From positions 1 to 35,452 of the forward strand of contig JBFLKV010000202.1 in assembly GCA_040883365.1 (NCBI GenBank): DNA of 35,452 nucleotides, given 5' to 3'. Below, in pieces: positions 18,554 to 27,732 of the stretch. This stretch comes from Eubacteriales bacterium (GTDB lineage: Bacteria; Bacillota; Clostridia; Christensenellales; CALMFG01). Position numbers and translations under genes: made by a program. Within the stretch, counting starts at the first letter, position 1. Every line of letters begins with the position of its first letter. Below the pieces are notes generated by a model. That model made no database searches. It worked only from the letters and a program-made list of their open reading frames with translations, and had not been told where the DNA came from.

Positions 18554-19912
18554 TTATATTTTTCTAAAACGAATACGACATATCTGCCGCGTTTTTTCGC
18601 TTATTTTGACCTTTTCACTGATGCCAACACCTGTCACCATCAAAATCTCTGCACCCTTCGCCAAAACCGGCAGGTTTTTCCGCCGATGCAACGGCACTTT
18701 TCGATCACTTAAATAATCGCTCAGGCGCTTTTTCCCCGTCATGCCCAACGGTACAATATAGTCTTCTGGTTCTGGTATACGCAGCACCGCCCCGTGCAAA
18801 CCATCGGCCGCCAAGCATTCTGCGTCTTTTCCAAAATCCGCTTTGGACGGCCACGAAATATCAAACTGATATCCCGCATATTCGAAAGATGTCTCTTCAC
18901 TGAGTTTTAAATCAACACTTGTATATTGCGTTTCTTGATTGCGAAAAAAAGACAGTTTGTCATACGCTTTGGCCACGGTCACGTCGCCAAGCATCCTAAA
19001 CCTCTTCCCATTTTCAGACAAAGATATTCCTATTATACTATCAATATGAATAAATTCAACATCAATCAAGGAATAATGCATGTCCAATACCCGCCGGATA
19101 ATCCTGCGTTTCAGCGCAAGGTGAACCGTTTGCCAACTATCCAACGATAACAGTACTTCTTCCCCGTTTTGACTAACTCTTTTATGATATTCAGCTTCCG
19201 TTGCCACATTAATATATTCATCCTCAACCGATAGCGCCTCGGACGTACGGGCGATATTCTGCTCGGCCATGGGGTTAATCTTTTTAAGCTGAGGCAAAAC
19301 GCTATGCCGGATGCGGTTGCGCGCATAAAACGTTTTTTTATTGGTTCTGTCCACGCGGTATTTGATCTTTTCTTCTTTTAAGGTCGTTAGAATGACTTGC
19401 TTTTTCATATCCAGCATCGGCCGAATATACAACGGCGGTCGGAAAGGCCGCATGCCCAGCAATCCTTGCATCCCACATCCACGTGTCAAATTAAAAAGCA
19501 CCGTCTCGGCGCCATCATCCATATGGTGCGCCAGCGCAATTTTATCCAATCCGTACGCATCGGCCATCCGCATAAAAAAATCATAGCGTAATTCTCGGGC
19601 CGCTTGCTCGATCGACCAACCTTTTTTCTTTGCAACAGTCGGTGTATCTACACACTCGGTCAAGAGCGGAATTCCCAGCGAATCGCATAATGCTTTGACA
19701 AACATCATATCCTTTCGCGATGCATGTCCGCGGATACCGTGCTCGAGATGCAACGCGGTGATATTAACCTTGAGCTCCTCTTTTAGTGCAAAAAGGGCGT
19801 GCAACAGAAACACAGAATCTGCACCGCCCGAAACCGCCACTCCGACATGTTCGTCAGGGTGAATCAGCTTGTTTTCTATGATCGATTTTTTAACCGCATC
19901 AATATTCCTCAT
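18554..19912 (-). CDS. tilS: tRNA(Ile)-lysidine synthase
   Basis: PP-loop VAVSGGADSV and LAHHMDD, followed by a C-terminal TilS substrate-binding domain. Confidence 0.92.
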   Translation of the reverse strand: MRNIDAVKKSIIENKLIHPDEHVGVAVSGGADSVFLLHALFALKEELKVNITALHLEHGIRGHASRKDMMFVKALCDSLGIPLLTECVDTPTVAKKKGWSIEQAARELRYDFFMRMADAYGLDKIALAHHMDDGAETVLFNLTRGCGMQGLLGMRPFRPPLYIRPMLDMKKQVILTTLKEEKIKYRVDRTNKKTFYARNRIRHSVLPQLKKINPMAEQNIARTSEALSVEDEYINVATEAEYHKRVSQNGEEVLLSLDSWQTVHLALKRRIIRRVLDMHYSLIDVEFIHIDSIIGISLSENGKRFRMLGDVTVAKAYDKLSFFRNQETQYTSVDLKLSEETSFEYAGYQFDISWPSKADFGKDAECLAADGLHGAVLRIPEPEDYIVPLGMTGKKRLSDYLSDRKVPLHRRKNLPVLAKGAEILMVTGVGISEKVKISEKTRQICRIRFRKI

Positions 19913-20060
19913 CGCATAATAAGTTTATCACAAACAACAGGTTTTAAAAACTATCTGTTTAACTTATGCCATCATCTTATCCGTGTTTAAATAAAAAATC
20001 TTTCAAAACACAAGTCAAAACCCCTTCATACTTTATTTACAAAAGATACATAGAAAACAG

Positions 20061-20089
20061 TTGACCTTGCTTGGGTGCAGCGTTATAAT
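20061..20089 (+). promoter_or_regulatory. near-consensus sigma-A promoter (TTGACC-17nt-TATAAT)
   Basis: TTGACC at 20061-20066 and TATAAT at 20084-20089. The track's GTG start at 20075 lies inside it. Confidence 0.65.
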
Positions 20090-20116
20090 CCCCAAGTCTT
20101 TAATGAGGAGGAACCA

Positions 20117-20650
20117 ATGGATTTTTTTACAAATGACAGTGCTTGGGTTTATCTGGCTATCTTTTTTGGGAAAAACATAGAAGTCACCTTTGCCACTTTA
20201 CGTATTGTGCTCATCAACCGCGGCGAGCGGCTGAAAGGATCAATTGTCGCATTTTTCGAAGTGCTGCTTTGGCTTATGGTAACCGGGTCCGTGCTGGTCG
20301 GCTTAAGCGACTGGCGGCGTATCTTGGTCTTTGCCATCGCTTTTGCATCAGGCAGCTATCTTGGCTCATGGCTGGAATCAAAGTTGGCTTTTGGGCTTTG
20401 TTCTATCCAGGTCATTTCACCCCGATCCAAACCGGCTGAAGCTTTGGTAAAAAACCTGCGCGATCATGACTTTGCGGTGACGGTCGTAGCCGGCGAAGGC
20501 AAAATGAACAGGCGATCGGTAATGCTTTTGCATCTTAAAAGAAGACGCATCCCCGAAGCTGTCGAGATAATCAAGTCTTCAAATATCAATAACCTGATGA
20601 TTACCATCAATGACACGAAAGTGATTCGTGGCGGGTATATCAAAAAATAA
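20117..20650 (+). CDS. UPF0316 family membrane protein (DUF2179 C-terminal domain)
   Basis: ATG 20117 follows GAGGAGG. Three TM segments are followed by a C-terminal soluble domain ...AVTVVAGEGK......INDTKVIRGGY, typical of UPF0316/YebE-like proteins. Confidence 0.75.
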   Translation: MDFFTNDSAWVYLAIFFGKNIEVTFATLRIVLINRGERLKGSIVAFFEVLLWLMVTGSVLVGLSDWRRILVFAIAFASGSYLGSWLESKLAFGLCSIQVISPRSKPAEALVKNLRDHDFAVTVVAGEGKMNRRSVMLLHLKRRRIPEAVEIIKSSNINNLMITINDTKVIRGGYIKK

Positions 20651-20676
20651 CCGAGGACTTAATCCTCGGTTTTCTT
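20649..20676. terminator. bidirectional terminator shared by convergent genes
   Basis: AACCGAGGA-CTTAA-TCCTCGGTT with T-runs on both strands. The TAA stop of the minus-strand amidohydrolase (20659-20661) lies in the loop. Confidence 0.7.
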
Positions 20677-22002
20677 TTGTATATCTCTGTTTTTAAGCCC
20701 TAAGAACCTTAAGGTGTTATCCGTGGATATCTTCTCAAACTCCGAGCCGAATACCCGTCTGAATTCGGTGATATAGCCCTTTAAACTGGGTCGGAACAAG
20801 AGCAGCATATAAAAGTCCGATCCATACATCACTTTTCGCTTGGCTCTTCTTGAAAGGTTCAAATATATTTTTTTATAAACGTCTTCCAGTTTAAAATCAC
20901 TGCCCTCCGGATAATGAAAAGCCGAAAGATCTGTGTAGACATTTGGATATTTGTTCATCAGCTTGATGACCATGCTCGTCCAGTAGGCTTTTTTCTCCCC
21001 TAGCGAATAACTCATCAGTTGATCTGCGCCCCCAAAATGCGCAAAGTTAATCCTGAGTCTAGGATAATGCGCCAGAACTTTTTCCCACAGCTTAGGGTGG
21101 TTATGCATCAGCTGTCGTTCTTTGATAATATCGTCCGTATTGCCCATATAGGTGTGCTCATAATGGATAATCTGGTCCTTAGCATACTCACGCATGGGTA
21201 TAATATCGCCTAATACCGGATAATAAATATCCCCTTCAATCTGCGCATCACTTTGGACATGTGAAAAGCCGGCATCACTGAAATGCACGGTGATCGGTAT
21301 TTGCTTTCTTTGGCAATAGGCATAGACACTATCTATCCCATGAAAAAGCGCAGGGTGCGTGGGCGAATAGCCCAGTCCGGAATATAATTTAATGCCATGA
21401 AACGGCTTTCTTTTACCCACGTATTTCTTAATTTCGGTAATAATGCCCCCTTCAAACAGTTTGTCTTTTCTGGGGTCTACTGAAAAAAAGGGATAAATGC
21501 GGTTTGGCATTTTTTCCTTAAGTGCAATCAATTCTTGTATTTGCACATTGTAACAATCCTTAAAAAAGTTAATGCTTCTGGCCCCTGGTTCTTTTTGAGT
21601 GGGCGCAACCACACGACCCAACCAGCTGACAAATCGGCTCTGATTATCTTGCGTGATTTTGCCAAACTCGCTACGTGCGCGCCGCAACTTACTGGGCGTA
21701 GGTTCCACTATTTCATGCTGCGGTTTTGCCATCGTATAGCTTAAATCGAGCATCAATGGTACTGCTACAAAATCACAATCATATTCCTCTTTCATAAAGT
21801 CATAAATATCATTTGCATTTTTTTCATAAGCAACATCCAAAAACCGGCTAATGGCGCTGTCCGAAATCCAAGACCGTTGTTGACCAAAGGCTAAAATCGG
21901 GTTTTTTCGGATTCGCTCAATAAAATTAGCCATTTCCGGTGAAAACATGTTCTTATTAAAAAGATGGCAATGCACATCAATCATCACTTTTTTCTTTTTC
22001 AT
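20659..22002 (-). CDS. amidohydrolase-superfamily (TIM-barrel metal-dependent hydrolase) protein, substrate unknown
   Basis: MIDVHCHLF (HxH metal ligands), ITVHFSD, NFAHFGG and MYGSDFYM (terminal Asp). ATG 22002 lies 6 nt after GGAG; the track's TTG 22014 is part of that SD. Confidence 0.7.
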   Translation of the reverse strand: MKKKKVMIDVHCHLFNKNMFSPEMANFIERIRKNPILAFGQQRSWISDSAISRFLDVAYEKNANDIYDFMKEEYDCDFVAVPLMLDLSYTMAKPQHEIVEPTPSKLRRARSEFGKITQDNQSRFVSWLGRVVAPTQKEPGARSINFFKDCYNVQIQELIALKEKMPNRIYPFFSVDPRKDKLFEGGIITEIKKYVGKRKPFHGIKLYSGLGYSPTHPALFHGIDSVYAYCQRKQIPITVHFSDAGFSHVQSDAQIEGDIYYPVLGDIIPMREYAKDQIIHYEHTYMGNTDDIIKERQLMHNHPKLWEKVLAHYPRLRINFAHFGGADQLMSYSLGEKKAYWTSMVIKLMNKYPNVYTDLSAFHYPEGSDFKLEDVYKKIYLNLSRRAKRKVMYGSDFYMLLLFRPSLKGYITEFRRVFGSEFEKISTDNTLRFLGLKNRDIQKKTED

Positions 22003-22094
22003 TCTGCGCTCCAATTTTTTGATGCTTCTATTATAATATAAAACCGACTGGCAATCACATGGTTATTTTGAAAAAATTTTATTAACTATCCAAT

Positions 22095-22129
22095 CAAAAA
22101 AGCCACCCGCATTTAGCGAGATGGCTTTT
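22095..22129 (-). terminator. rho-independent terminator after the large surface-protein gene
   Basis: Minus strand reads AAAAGCCA-TCTCGCTAAATGCGGG-TGGCTTTT followed by TTGATTGG. Confidence 0.65.
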
Positions 22130-22142
22130 AGTGTTTTATCGT

Positions 22143-25100
22143 TTAGATGCTAATGTCTCCACCATCATCCATATTCGGTGATTTGTTCATAGAACGCTTA
22201 ACCAGCAAGAATACGATGCCAATCAGCAGTATCACCGCAAATACTATCATTACAATCAGTATGGTTGGGAACCCTGACGAACTGTCGTTTTCGACCGGTG
22301 CGGGTGTATCGGTTGGTTCTTCTGTTGCTGTAGGCTTGACGGTCACTGCTCGTGTCATCAGAATTCTTCCCAAAGAATTACTGCTAAACTGCAATGTACG
22401 TGAGTTGCTGTCATATTGATAACTCACCGCCATCAGCTCACCGCTTGTACCGTCTTCAACAAATAGTCCAATATCCGACAAGCTATCCGCATCTTCAATC
22501 TCGGCTGCCAATTTTGAATCCAGCATGATGGATACGCTAATTGCTTTGTCATAAGATTTTTGGATACCCGATAAGCCATTCTCTGTGTTGTAACCAATAT
22601 AGGTTTCTGCCGCATAAATGACTTCACGATCACTGCCCAACGTTTCCTCTGCATCGGTGATGTCGTCCTCTTCCAAAATCGATTTCGAAATAATGTAATC
22701 TACCACATCATCATCTACAAGGTCTGTGGTGAAAGACGCTGGTTGAATGACCATCTTATAGTTATCCAGTGTCAAGATCAGTCCAACATCCTGATTGAAC
22801 GCAGATTGAACCGCCGCTCCGTCTAACATCACTTTGACACTCTGCTGAGCATCTACCGAATTGGCTTTCGGGAAGCTGACATATGGATGTGCTAAGATAC
22901 CATCCGAACCATCGCCCTCTTCAATTTTTTTCTTTGCCAACGCGTTGGTAATAGCATCTAAGAAAGCATCATCGTCAACTATCAAGACAGCAGTTGTTCC
23001 ATCACGTTCAGCTTCAGTATCTTTCAAAAGAACGTCTTCAATGACATCAACTTCTCTGGTAGGATTAACGACTTCAGACGTATCATTGTCATCATCGTCA
23101 TTGTCATTATCATTATTATCGCCGTCATCATCGTTATCGTCGTTATCGTCGTTGTCATCGTTATCGTCATCATCATCGTCGTCATCGTCATCATTATCAC
23201 CAGAACCACTGGTAGATGTGCTCGATTTTCGTGTGACCGTTACCGTATATGTTTTAGTTGTTGTGTCATCATCTGCTGTAACGACTAATTTCAATGTATT
23301 CGTGCCCACTTTAAGATTCTTCCAACCCGTACCTTTAACGGATGCATAATCGTCGTTAGGCTCGCCCCAGAAAGTAAACCCTTTTGTGGAATAAGGTACT
23401 GTTATTGAGTAATACCTATCGTCCGGGTCAAATCCTGAAATCTCCTTGCCGTCTATGGTGATATTGTCCAAGGTCGCATCACGCAAATAGCCCCTAAATA
23501 TGGTGATATAGTATCTGCGTACCGTTCCAGTTGGACCTACACATTTTACCCTAAAGTCATTTCCACCACGAACCAATGTTTTTGTGCCTGTACCTGTCAC
23601 GATTGTAGAGGAATTAAACGGTGTGCCGCCAATGGTGACACTAGTAGTGGTCGATGCCAGTTTTGTGACATACTCGTAGTTGAGATATGCAAAATTATCA
23701 ATCGTTGCGCCATCCAGCGTCAAATTCCTCAAATGCGGCCATGTTGATAGCGGACGCACAATCGTTACGCGATATGATTTCTTTGTGGTTCCGTCTGCCG
23801 CAGTAACAGTGATATAGTGCAGGTTCTCACCAGCATTAACCGAAAAAGTACCCGTTCCTGTCACTGTCGCGCCGATGACATTGGGAGTCGCCGCAATGGT
23901 TGCGGTGGTATCATCATAGTCTACATAACCGTAATAATAGATTTTATCCGAATCAAAATCGGTCAGCGATGTCCCATTCACCTTGATATCACTCAAAGTC
24001 GCATCGTTGGATCCTGTTCGTGTTATGGTCAATAAATAGTTTTGGGTTTCAGTGCCATCCGAAGACGTGACTGTAATAGTAAATACATTGGCTCCGGCAC
24101 TAAGCGTTTTAGTCCCCGTGCCTGTCACAGTTGCTCCAGCATCAGCCGGATAAGCCCCAATCGTCACAGTCGGTGTCGTTACGGACGCTGCATAGCTATA
24201 TTTATCCATAGCAAAACCAGCTACCGTCACCCCATCAATCGTAAGGTCAAGCAAATCAGCATTCGAATCTGCTTCTATAATGACTATGGAATATGTTTTT
24301 GTTGTGGTTCCGTCTGATGCCGTAACGATAACGTCGGTTGTTGTTAGGCCTAGTGCACTCAATGTAACCGTACCGGTTCCAGAAATGGTTGCCGAAGCAT
24401 CTTCAGCTGTAGCCCCAACCGTAACCGAGCTTGTGCCCGCCGCTACGCCTGCAAAATACGCGGTTGTATCTGGATCAAAAAGCCACACGGTTTCGCCGTT
24501 TACTGTCAAATCGGAGAGATTCGCGTTGGTACTTGTTGACACTGATTCTCGTGTTATCGTCACCGTATAGGTCGCAGTTGTTGTGCCGTCCTGTGCCGTT
24601 ACTAGAATAGTAAAGACATTTGCACCCTCAGACAGCGCATAAGACGCTGCAGCCGCAGCCCCGTTTATCGTATAAGTCGCATATGTATCCGTTGGCGTTA
24701 CCGCGAGTACGGCCGTCGATATGCTATTGCTGACTGTCTGCGCATAGCTGTATGTGGTCGCAGCAAATCCTGACACGGTCGAACCGTTGACTTGTAGACC
24801 CGAAAGCGATGCATCCGAGCTCGGATATGAAGCAGTAATCGTATAGTCTTGTGAAACACCGTCTGATGACTGACATGTCACCGTAAAGGGCGATCCGGTC
24901 AGCGCCAGGCTGGTTCCGGTTCCGCTGGTTACAGTTGCGCCGGTTTCTGGTGTTGCCGCAATATCTACAGTGGTATACGAACCATCCGCTAGGAAAGTAT
25001 ATGCAAATGTGCCCGAATCAAACGTCGGGGTCAGTGTAATCGCGCTACCCCCGCCACCTTCGGAAAGCGTCAGTGCACTCAGCTGATTCGTGGTCTGCCT

Positions 25101-26432
25101 GTATGCATGAACTGTATATGTTGTTGTTGCATTGACAACCACTGCAATGTCTTGCGTGCTACCCGCCGTTAAGCTGATAGCGCCGGATGCCGCACCGCTG
25201 GTCACCGTCGTGCCATCCACAGTAATGGCGGCACCACTGTCAATCGCCGTGGGGGTCACGGTAATCGAATCGTTTTCAAACGGTACCGTCAAAGTGTATT
25301 CTAAATCCTCCGGGTCGAACGCTGAGTCCAACGTTCCTGCCGAGAATCCCAAATTGTTTAAATAATTAGCGGACGTCGTGGTCATTGCCGCATCCATATA
25401 ATAAGGAACATAATCCACTGTACCTGCACCGACGATATTAAAGGTATCTGATATATCGGTGGCACTGGTTAAGTTCCAATAGTTATTCTCAAAACCAAGG
25501 GTTGCAGTTGAATAGGAATCAATGTTGTATCCGCCCGCCGCAATGTTAAAATCACATCCGGACGCAGATGCCGTTGTCCCGTTTTCACTGGTGGACATGC
25601 CTAAAGCCACATTGATAAAGTTATTGGAAAAGTCGGTGTTTGTAATTGTAATATCTGTGGTTGCAGGCGCACCGCTAGATGTCGCACCGACAACAGCCGT
25701 TGAGGCATAGATGGTCGGTGTACCGCTACAGTCCACAATGCTAGAGTTAGCCAGCGTGAGTTGAACGCCATCCACCACTTCTATCGCATAGTCGATTTGA
25801 TCGGCTATATCCTTACCGGTATAGCTAAGTCCGTCAATATCCAGCGTGGTTGAACTTCCGGCCACAGCTGCGCTGGCGTAGATACCAAAACGCCCGATAT
25901 TACTCATGGTTAGATTGGTAAGACTGGTGTCAGCCAAAGCATAAATGCCGATAACCGACGCCGTTGAATGAGAAATGTTCTGCACCGTCGCATCTGCCAC
26001 CGTTAAAGGTGCCGCCGCATTGATGGCGCGCTGAACATCATATGTACTGCCCGAGCCATCCAGCGTCACGTCATTGATTTCAACCCCACTGACCGTATCG
26101 GGGATGTCAATCATATAATTAAGCGCTGAACCCGCTTCAATGGTTGTAGAAGCAGCACCCGCACCTTGAATGACTAGCGCCTTATCAATGGTTACGGTTG
26201 ATGTGATGGTGTAGGTACCCGCAGACAAACTGAGAATATCCCCGTCCACCACAGTCGCATCCGCGATAGCCGTTGCGATATCTGAGTAATCTCCGCCACT
26301 ACCGCCATCCGGGTCCACCGTATAGGTCGCCGCAAAAGCCGTAATAGGTAAAAAGGCAGCTAGGCATATTAGCGCAAACGCCAAAAATGCATACAAGCCA
26401 ACCTTCGTATTGTGTTTCGATAAACTATTCAT
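22143..26432 (-). CDS. 1429-aa cell-surface protein: signal peptide, right-handed beta-helix region, ~8 cadherin-like beta-sandwich repeats, poly-Asp/Asn tract, unassigned ~270-aa region, Thr/Pro stalk, C-terminal TM anchor
   Basis: GGGGG SD. Signal peptide LYAFLAFALICLAAFLPITAFA. Thr/Ser/Gly-rich beta-helix-like segment at aa ~35-350. Repeats recur about every 90 aa, each starting LSxLxvnG...F....Y.Y (aa ~357-1068). C-terminal TM FPTILIVMIVFAVILLIGIVFLLV followed by KRS. No LPXTG motif. Confidence 0.8.
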   Translation of the reverse strand: MNSLSKHNTKVGLYAFLAFALICLAAFLPITAFAATYTVDPDGGSGGDYSDIATAIADATVVDGDILSLSAGTYTITSTVTIDKALVIQGAGAASTTIEAGSALNYMIDIPDTVSGVEINDVTLDGSGSTYDVQRAINAAAPLTVADATVQNISHSTASVIGIYALADTSLTNLTMSNIGRFGIYASAAVAGSSTTLDIDGLSYTGKDIADQIDYAIEVVDGVQLTLANSSIVDCSGTPTIYASTAVVGATSSGAPATTDITITNTDFSNNFINVALGMSTSENGTTASASGCDFNIAAGGYNIDSYSTATLGFENNYWNLTSATDISDTFNIVGAGTVDYVPYYMDAAMTTTSANYLNNLGFSAGTLDSAFDPEDLEYTLTVPFENDSITVTPTAIDSGAAITVDGTTVTSGAASGAISLTAGSTQDIAVVVNATTTYTVHAYRQTTNQLSALTLSEGGGGSAITLTPTFDSGTFAYTFLADGSYTTVDIAATPETGATVTSGTGTSLALTGSPFTVTCQSSDGVSQDYTITASYPSSDASLSGLQVNGSTVSGFAATTYSYAQTVSNSISTAVLAVTPTDTYATYTINGAAAAASYALSEGANVFTILVTAQDGTTTATYTVTITRESVSTSTNANLSDLTVNGETVWLFDPDTTAYFAGVAAGTSSVTVGATAEDASATISGTGTVTLSALGLTTTDVIVTASDGTTTKTYSIVIIEADSNADLLDLTIDGVTVAGFAMDKYSYAASVTTPTVTIGAYPADAGATVTGTGTKTLSAGANVFTITVTSSDGTETQNYLLTITRTGSNDATLSDIKVNGTSLTDFDSDKIYYYGYVDYDDTTATIAATPNVIGATVTGTGTFSVNAGENLHYITVTAADGTTKKSYRVTIVRPLSTWPHLRNLTLDGATIDNFAYLNYEYVTKLASTTTSVTIGGTPFNSSTIVTGTGTKTLVRGGNDFRVKCVGPTGTVRRYYITIFRGYLRDATLDNITIDGKEISGFDPDDRYYSITVPYSTKGFTFWGEPNDDYASVKGTGWKNLKVGTNTLKLVVTADDDTTTKTYTVTVTRKSSTSTSGSGDNDDDDDDDDDDNDDNDDNDDNDDDGDNNDNDNDDDDNDTSEVVNPTREVDVIEDVLLKDTEAERDGTTAVLIVDDDAFLDAITNALAKKKIEEGDGSDGILAHPYVSFPKANSVDAQQSVKVMLDGAAVQSAFNQDVGLILTLDNYKMVIQPASFTTDLVDDDVVDYIISKSILEEDDITDAEETLGSDREVIYAAETYIGYNTENGLSGIQKSYDKAISVSIMLDSKLAAEIEDADSLSDIGLFVEDGTSGELMAVSYQYDSNSRTLQFSSNSLGRILMTRAVTVKPTATEEPTDTPAPVENDSSSGFPTILIVMIVFAVILLIGIVFLLVKRSMNKSPNMDDGGDISI
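23085..23198 (-). repeat. low-complexity GAT/GAC/AAT codon tract encoding a 38-aa poly-Asp/Asn linker
   Basis: It encodes DNDDDDDDDDDDNDDNDDNDDNDDDGDNNDNDNDDDDND. It contains four tandem 9-bp units at 23132-23167 (CGTTATCGT x2, CGTTGTCAT, CGTTATCGT on the plus strand). Confidence 0.9.
23229..25367 (-). repeat. array of ~8 diverged cadherin-like beta-sandwich domain repeats (protein-level repeat, ~270 nt period)
   Basis: Repeat starts are at aa ~357 YLNNLGFSAG, 451 LSALTLSEG, 542 LSGLQVNG, 638 LSDLTVNG, 727 LLDLTIDG, 812 LSDIKVNG, 901 LRNLTLDG and 987 LDNITIDG. Each ends ...Y.(V/I)T(I/V).R. Confidence 0.7.
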
Positions 26433-26677
26433 TTTTAACCCCCAAATGTATAATTTTACTTGCGTTTTAATGTTTTATACACTTTAAAATTTTCGGTTAT
26501 AATTATCGCCGGGAACTCTTCGTTTCTCTCATACTTATAATTATACAACAATATTATATAGAAATGAGCTCAAAAAAACAACTACAAATTCTGAATTATG
26601 TAAAAAAATAGGCTTTTTTTCAGAGTTTTTAACAAAATAACATTGTAAAACGTTCTGTGAACAATATTTTCTTTACT

Positions 26678-26706
26678 TTGACAACCTTTTTTGTATTATA
26701 TAATAT
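26678..26706 (+). promoter_or_regulatory. putative sigma-A promoter (TTGACA, then TATAAT at 15 nt or TAATAT at 17 nt)
   Basis: TTGACA at 26678-26683; TATAAT at 26699-26704 and TAATAT at 26701-26706. It lies in a 298-bp AT-rich divergent intergenic region. Confidence 0.5.
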
Positions 26707-26730
26707 AGTTCTAGCGAAAAACCTTACTGA

Positions 26731-27723
26731 TTGGAGGACATCACAATTTATCGTTTAAGAGCATTCTTGTCCAGCTTTCTCGTGCTGGTTATCATATTAG
26801 GTTTCAGCGTTAAAGCGTATGCAGATGAAGACTACTGGCCCTATTCTACCAATACTTATGCCTATACCCCGGCCGAGTTTGAGGTGCTTGCCAAAGCTAT
26901 CGACTGTGAAGCGCGTGGTGAGCGAATGAGCGGCAAGATTGCCGTCGGCAATGTGATCATGAATCGTGTCTTTGTTTATAATTCGTCCATCACGGCCATC
27001 GTCACCGCACCCGGTCAGTTTGCCTATGACCACAACCGTGTCCCCACCGCCGACTCATATGAAGCCGCCAGACGGGTTTTGGATGGCGAAAAATGGGTGG
27101 TGCCCCAGAATGCCTACTATTTTAGAAACTACGGTGGCAGTACCTGGAGCGGCAAGTCTTCCGACCCCATCAGATTTTGGGGCAAAATTGGTAACCATTA
27201 TATCTATGTACGCAAACTCGAAGGCCGATACAACGGCAATGACGTTCCGGCGCCCATGTACAGCCGCGAATATGATTCCCCCCGCCTTGGTATCATTCCT
27301 TCGGATAAAGTCATTGAAATTCAGCAAATGCTAGTCTCTCTCGGTTATGCGATTGAAGCCGATGGCTATTTTGGAGAGTTGACCGACAAAGCCGTGAAAG
27401 ACTTTCAATCCAAAAACAATTTGACGATAGACGGCATTGTGGGCGATGAAACTTACGCCTTGCTCTACACCGCCGCCGAAGCAACAGGGCTTTTTGCTGA
27501 CGAAGAAACGCTAACCGAAATGCCTATGGAAGCAAAAGCACTGTTTGAGCATATTGGGCGATTAAAAGTCATGTATCACTCAACCCATATTTATGCTTAC
27601 AAAGCACTCTCGGTTTATAGAATCAACCTGTTGGCCGAGCGCCTTCGCAGTGAGTATGGTTACAGCGTAGAGACGATTGTCATGACCGAACCAGAATCGG
27701 TATACTATATCACTGCACCTTAA
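26731..27723 (+). CDS. SleB/CwlJ-type cell wall hydrolase (Hydrolase_2) + PG_binding_1 + unassigned C-terminal region
   Basis: Signal peptide FLSSFLVLVIILGFSVKAYA. LAKAIDCEARGERMSGKIAVGNVIMNRV...APGQFAY (SleB-type motif). IQQMLVSLGYAIEADGYFGELTDKAVKDFQSKNNLTIDGIVGDETYALL. The start codon is ambiguous (TTG 26731 or ATT 26746; see findings). Confidence 0.8.
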   Translation: MEDITIYRLRAFLSSFLVLVIILGFSVKAYADEDYWPYSTNTYAYTPAEFEVLAKAIDCEARGERMSGKIAVGNVIMNRVFVYNSSITAIVTAPGQFAYDHNRVPTADSYEAARRVLDGEKWVVPQNAYYFRNYGGSTWSGKSSDPIRFWGKIGNHYIYVRKLEGRYNGNDVPAPMYSREYDSPRLGIIPSDKVIEIQQMLVSLGYAIEADGYFGELTDKAVKDFQSKNNLTIDGIVGDETYALLYTAAEATGLFADEETLTEMPMEAKALFEHIGRLKVMYHSTHIYAYKALSVYRINLLAERLRSEYGYSVETIVMTEPESVYYITAP

Positions 27724-27732
27724 TCGCAAAAT

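Noticed and set aside
22861-23349. 162-aa serine-rich plus-strand ORF, plus other plus-strand ORFs inside 22143-26432.
   Set aside because: They are antisense to the giant surface-protein gene. The poly-Ser run is the reverse reading of the GAT/GAC tract.
26433-26730. 298-bp AT-rich intergenic region, considered as a possible ncRNA or hidden small gene.
   Set aside because: There is no convincing stable structure or SD-preceded ORF. It is best explained as a divergent promoter region for the surface-protein and SleB-like genes. The A/T homopolymer runs of 7-8 nt are noted but have no evidence of phase variation.
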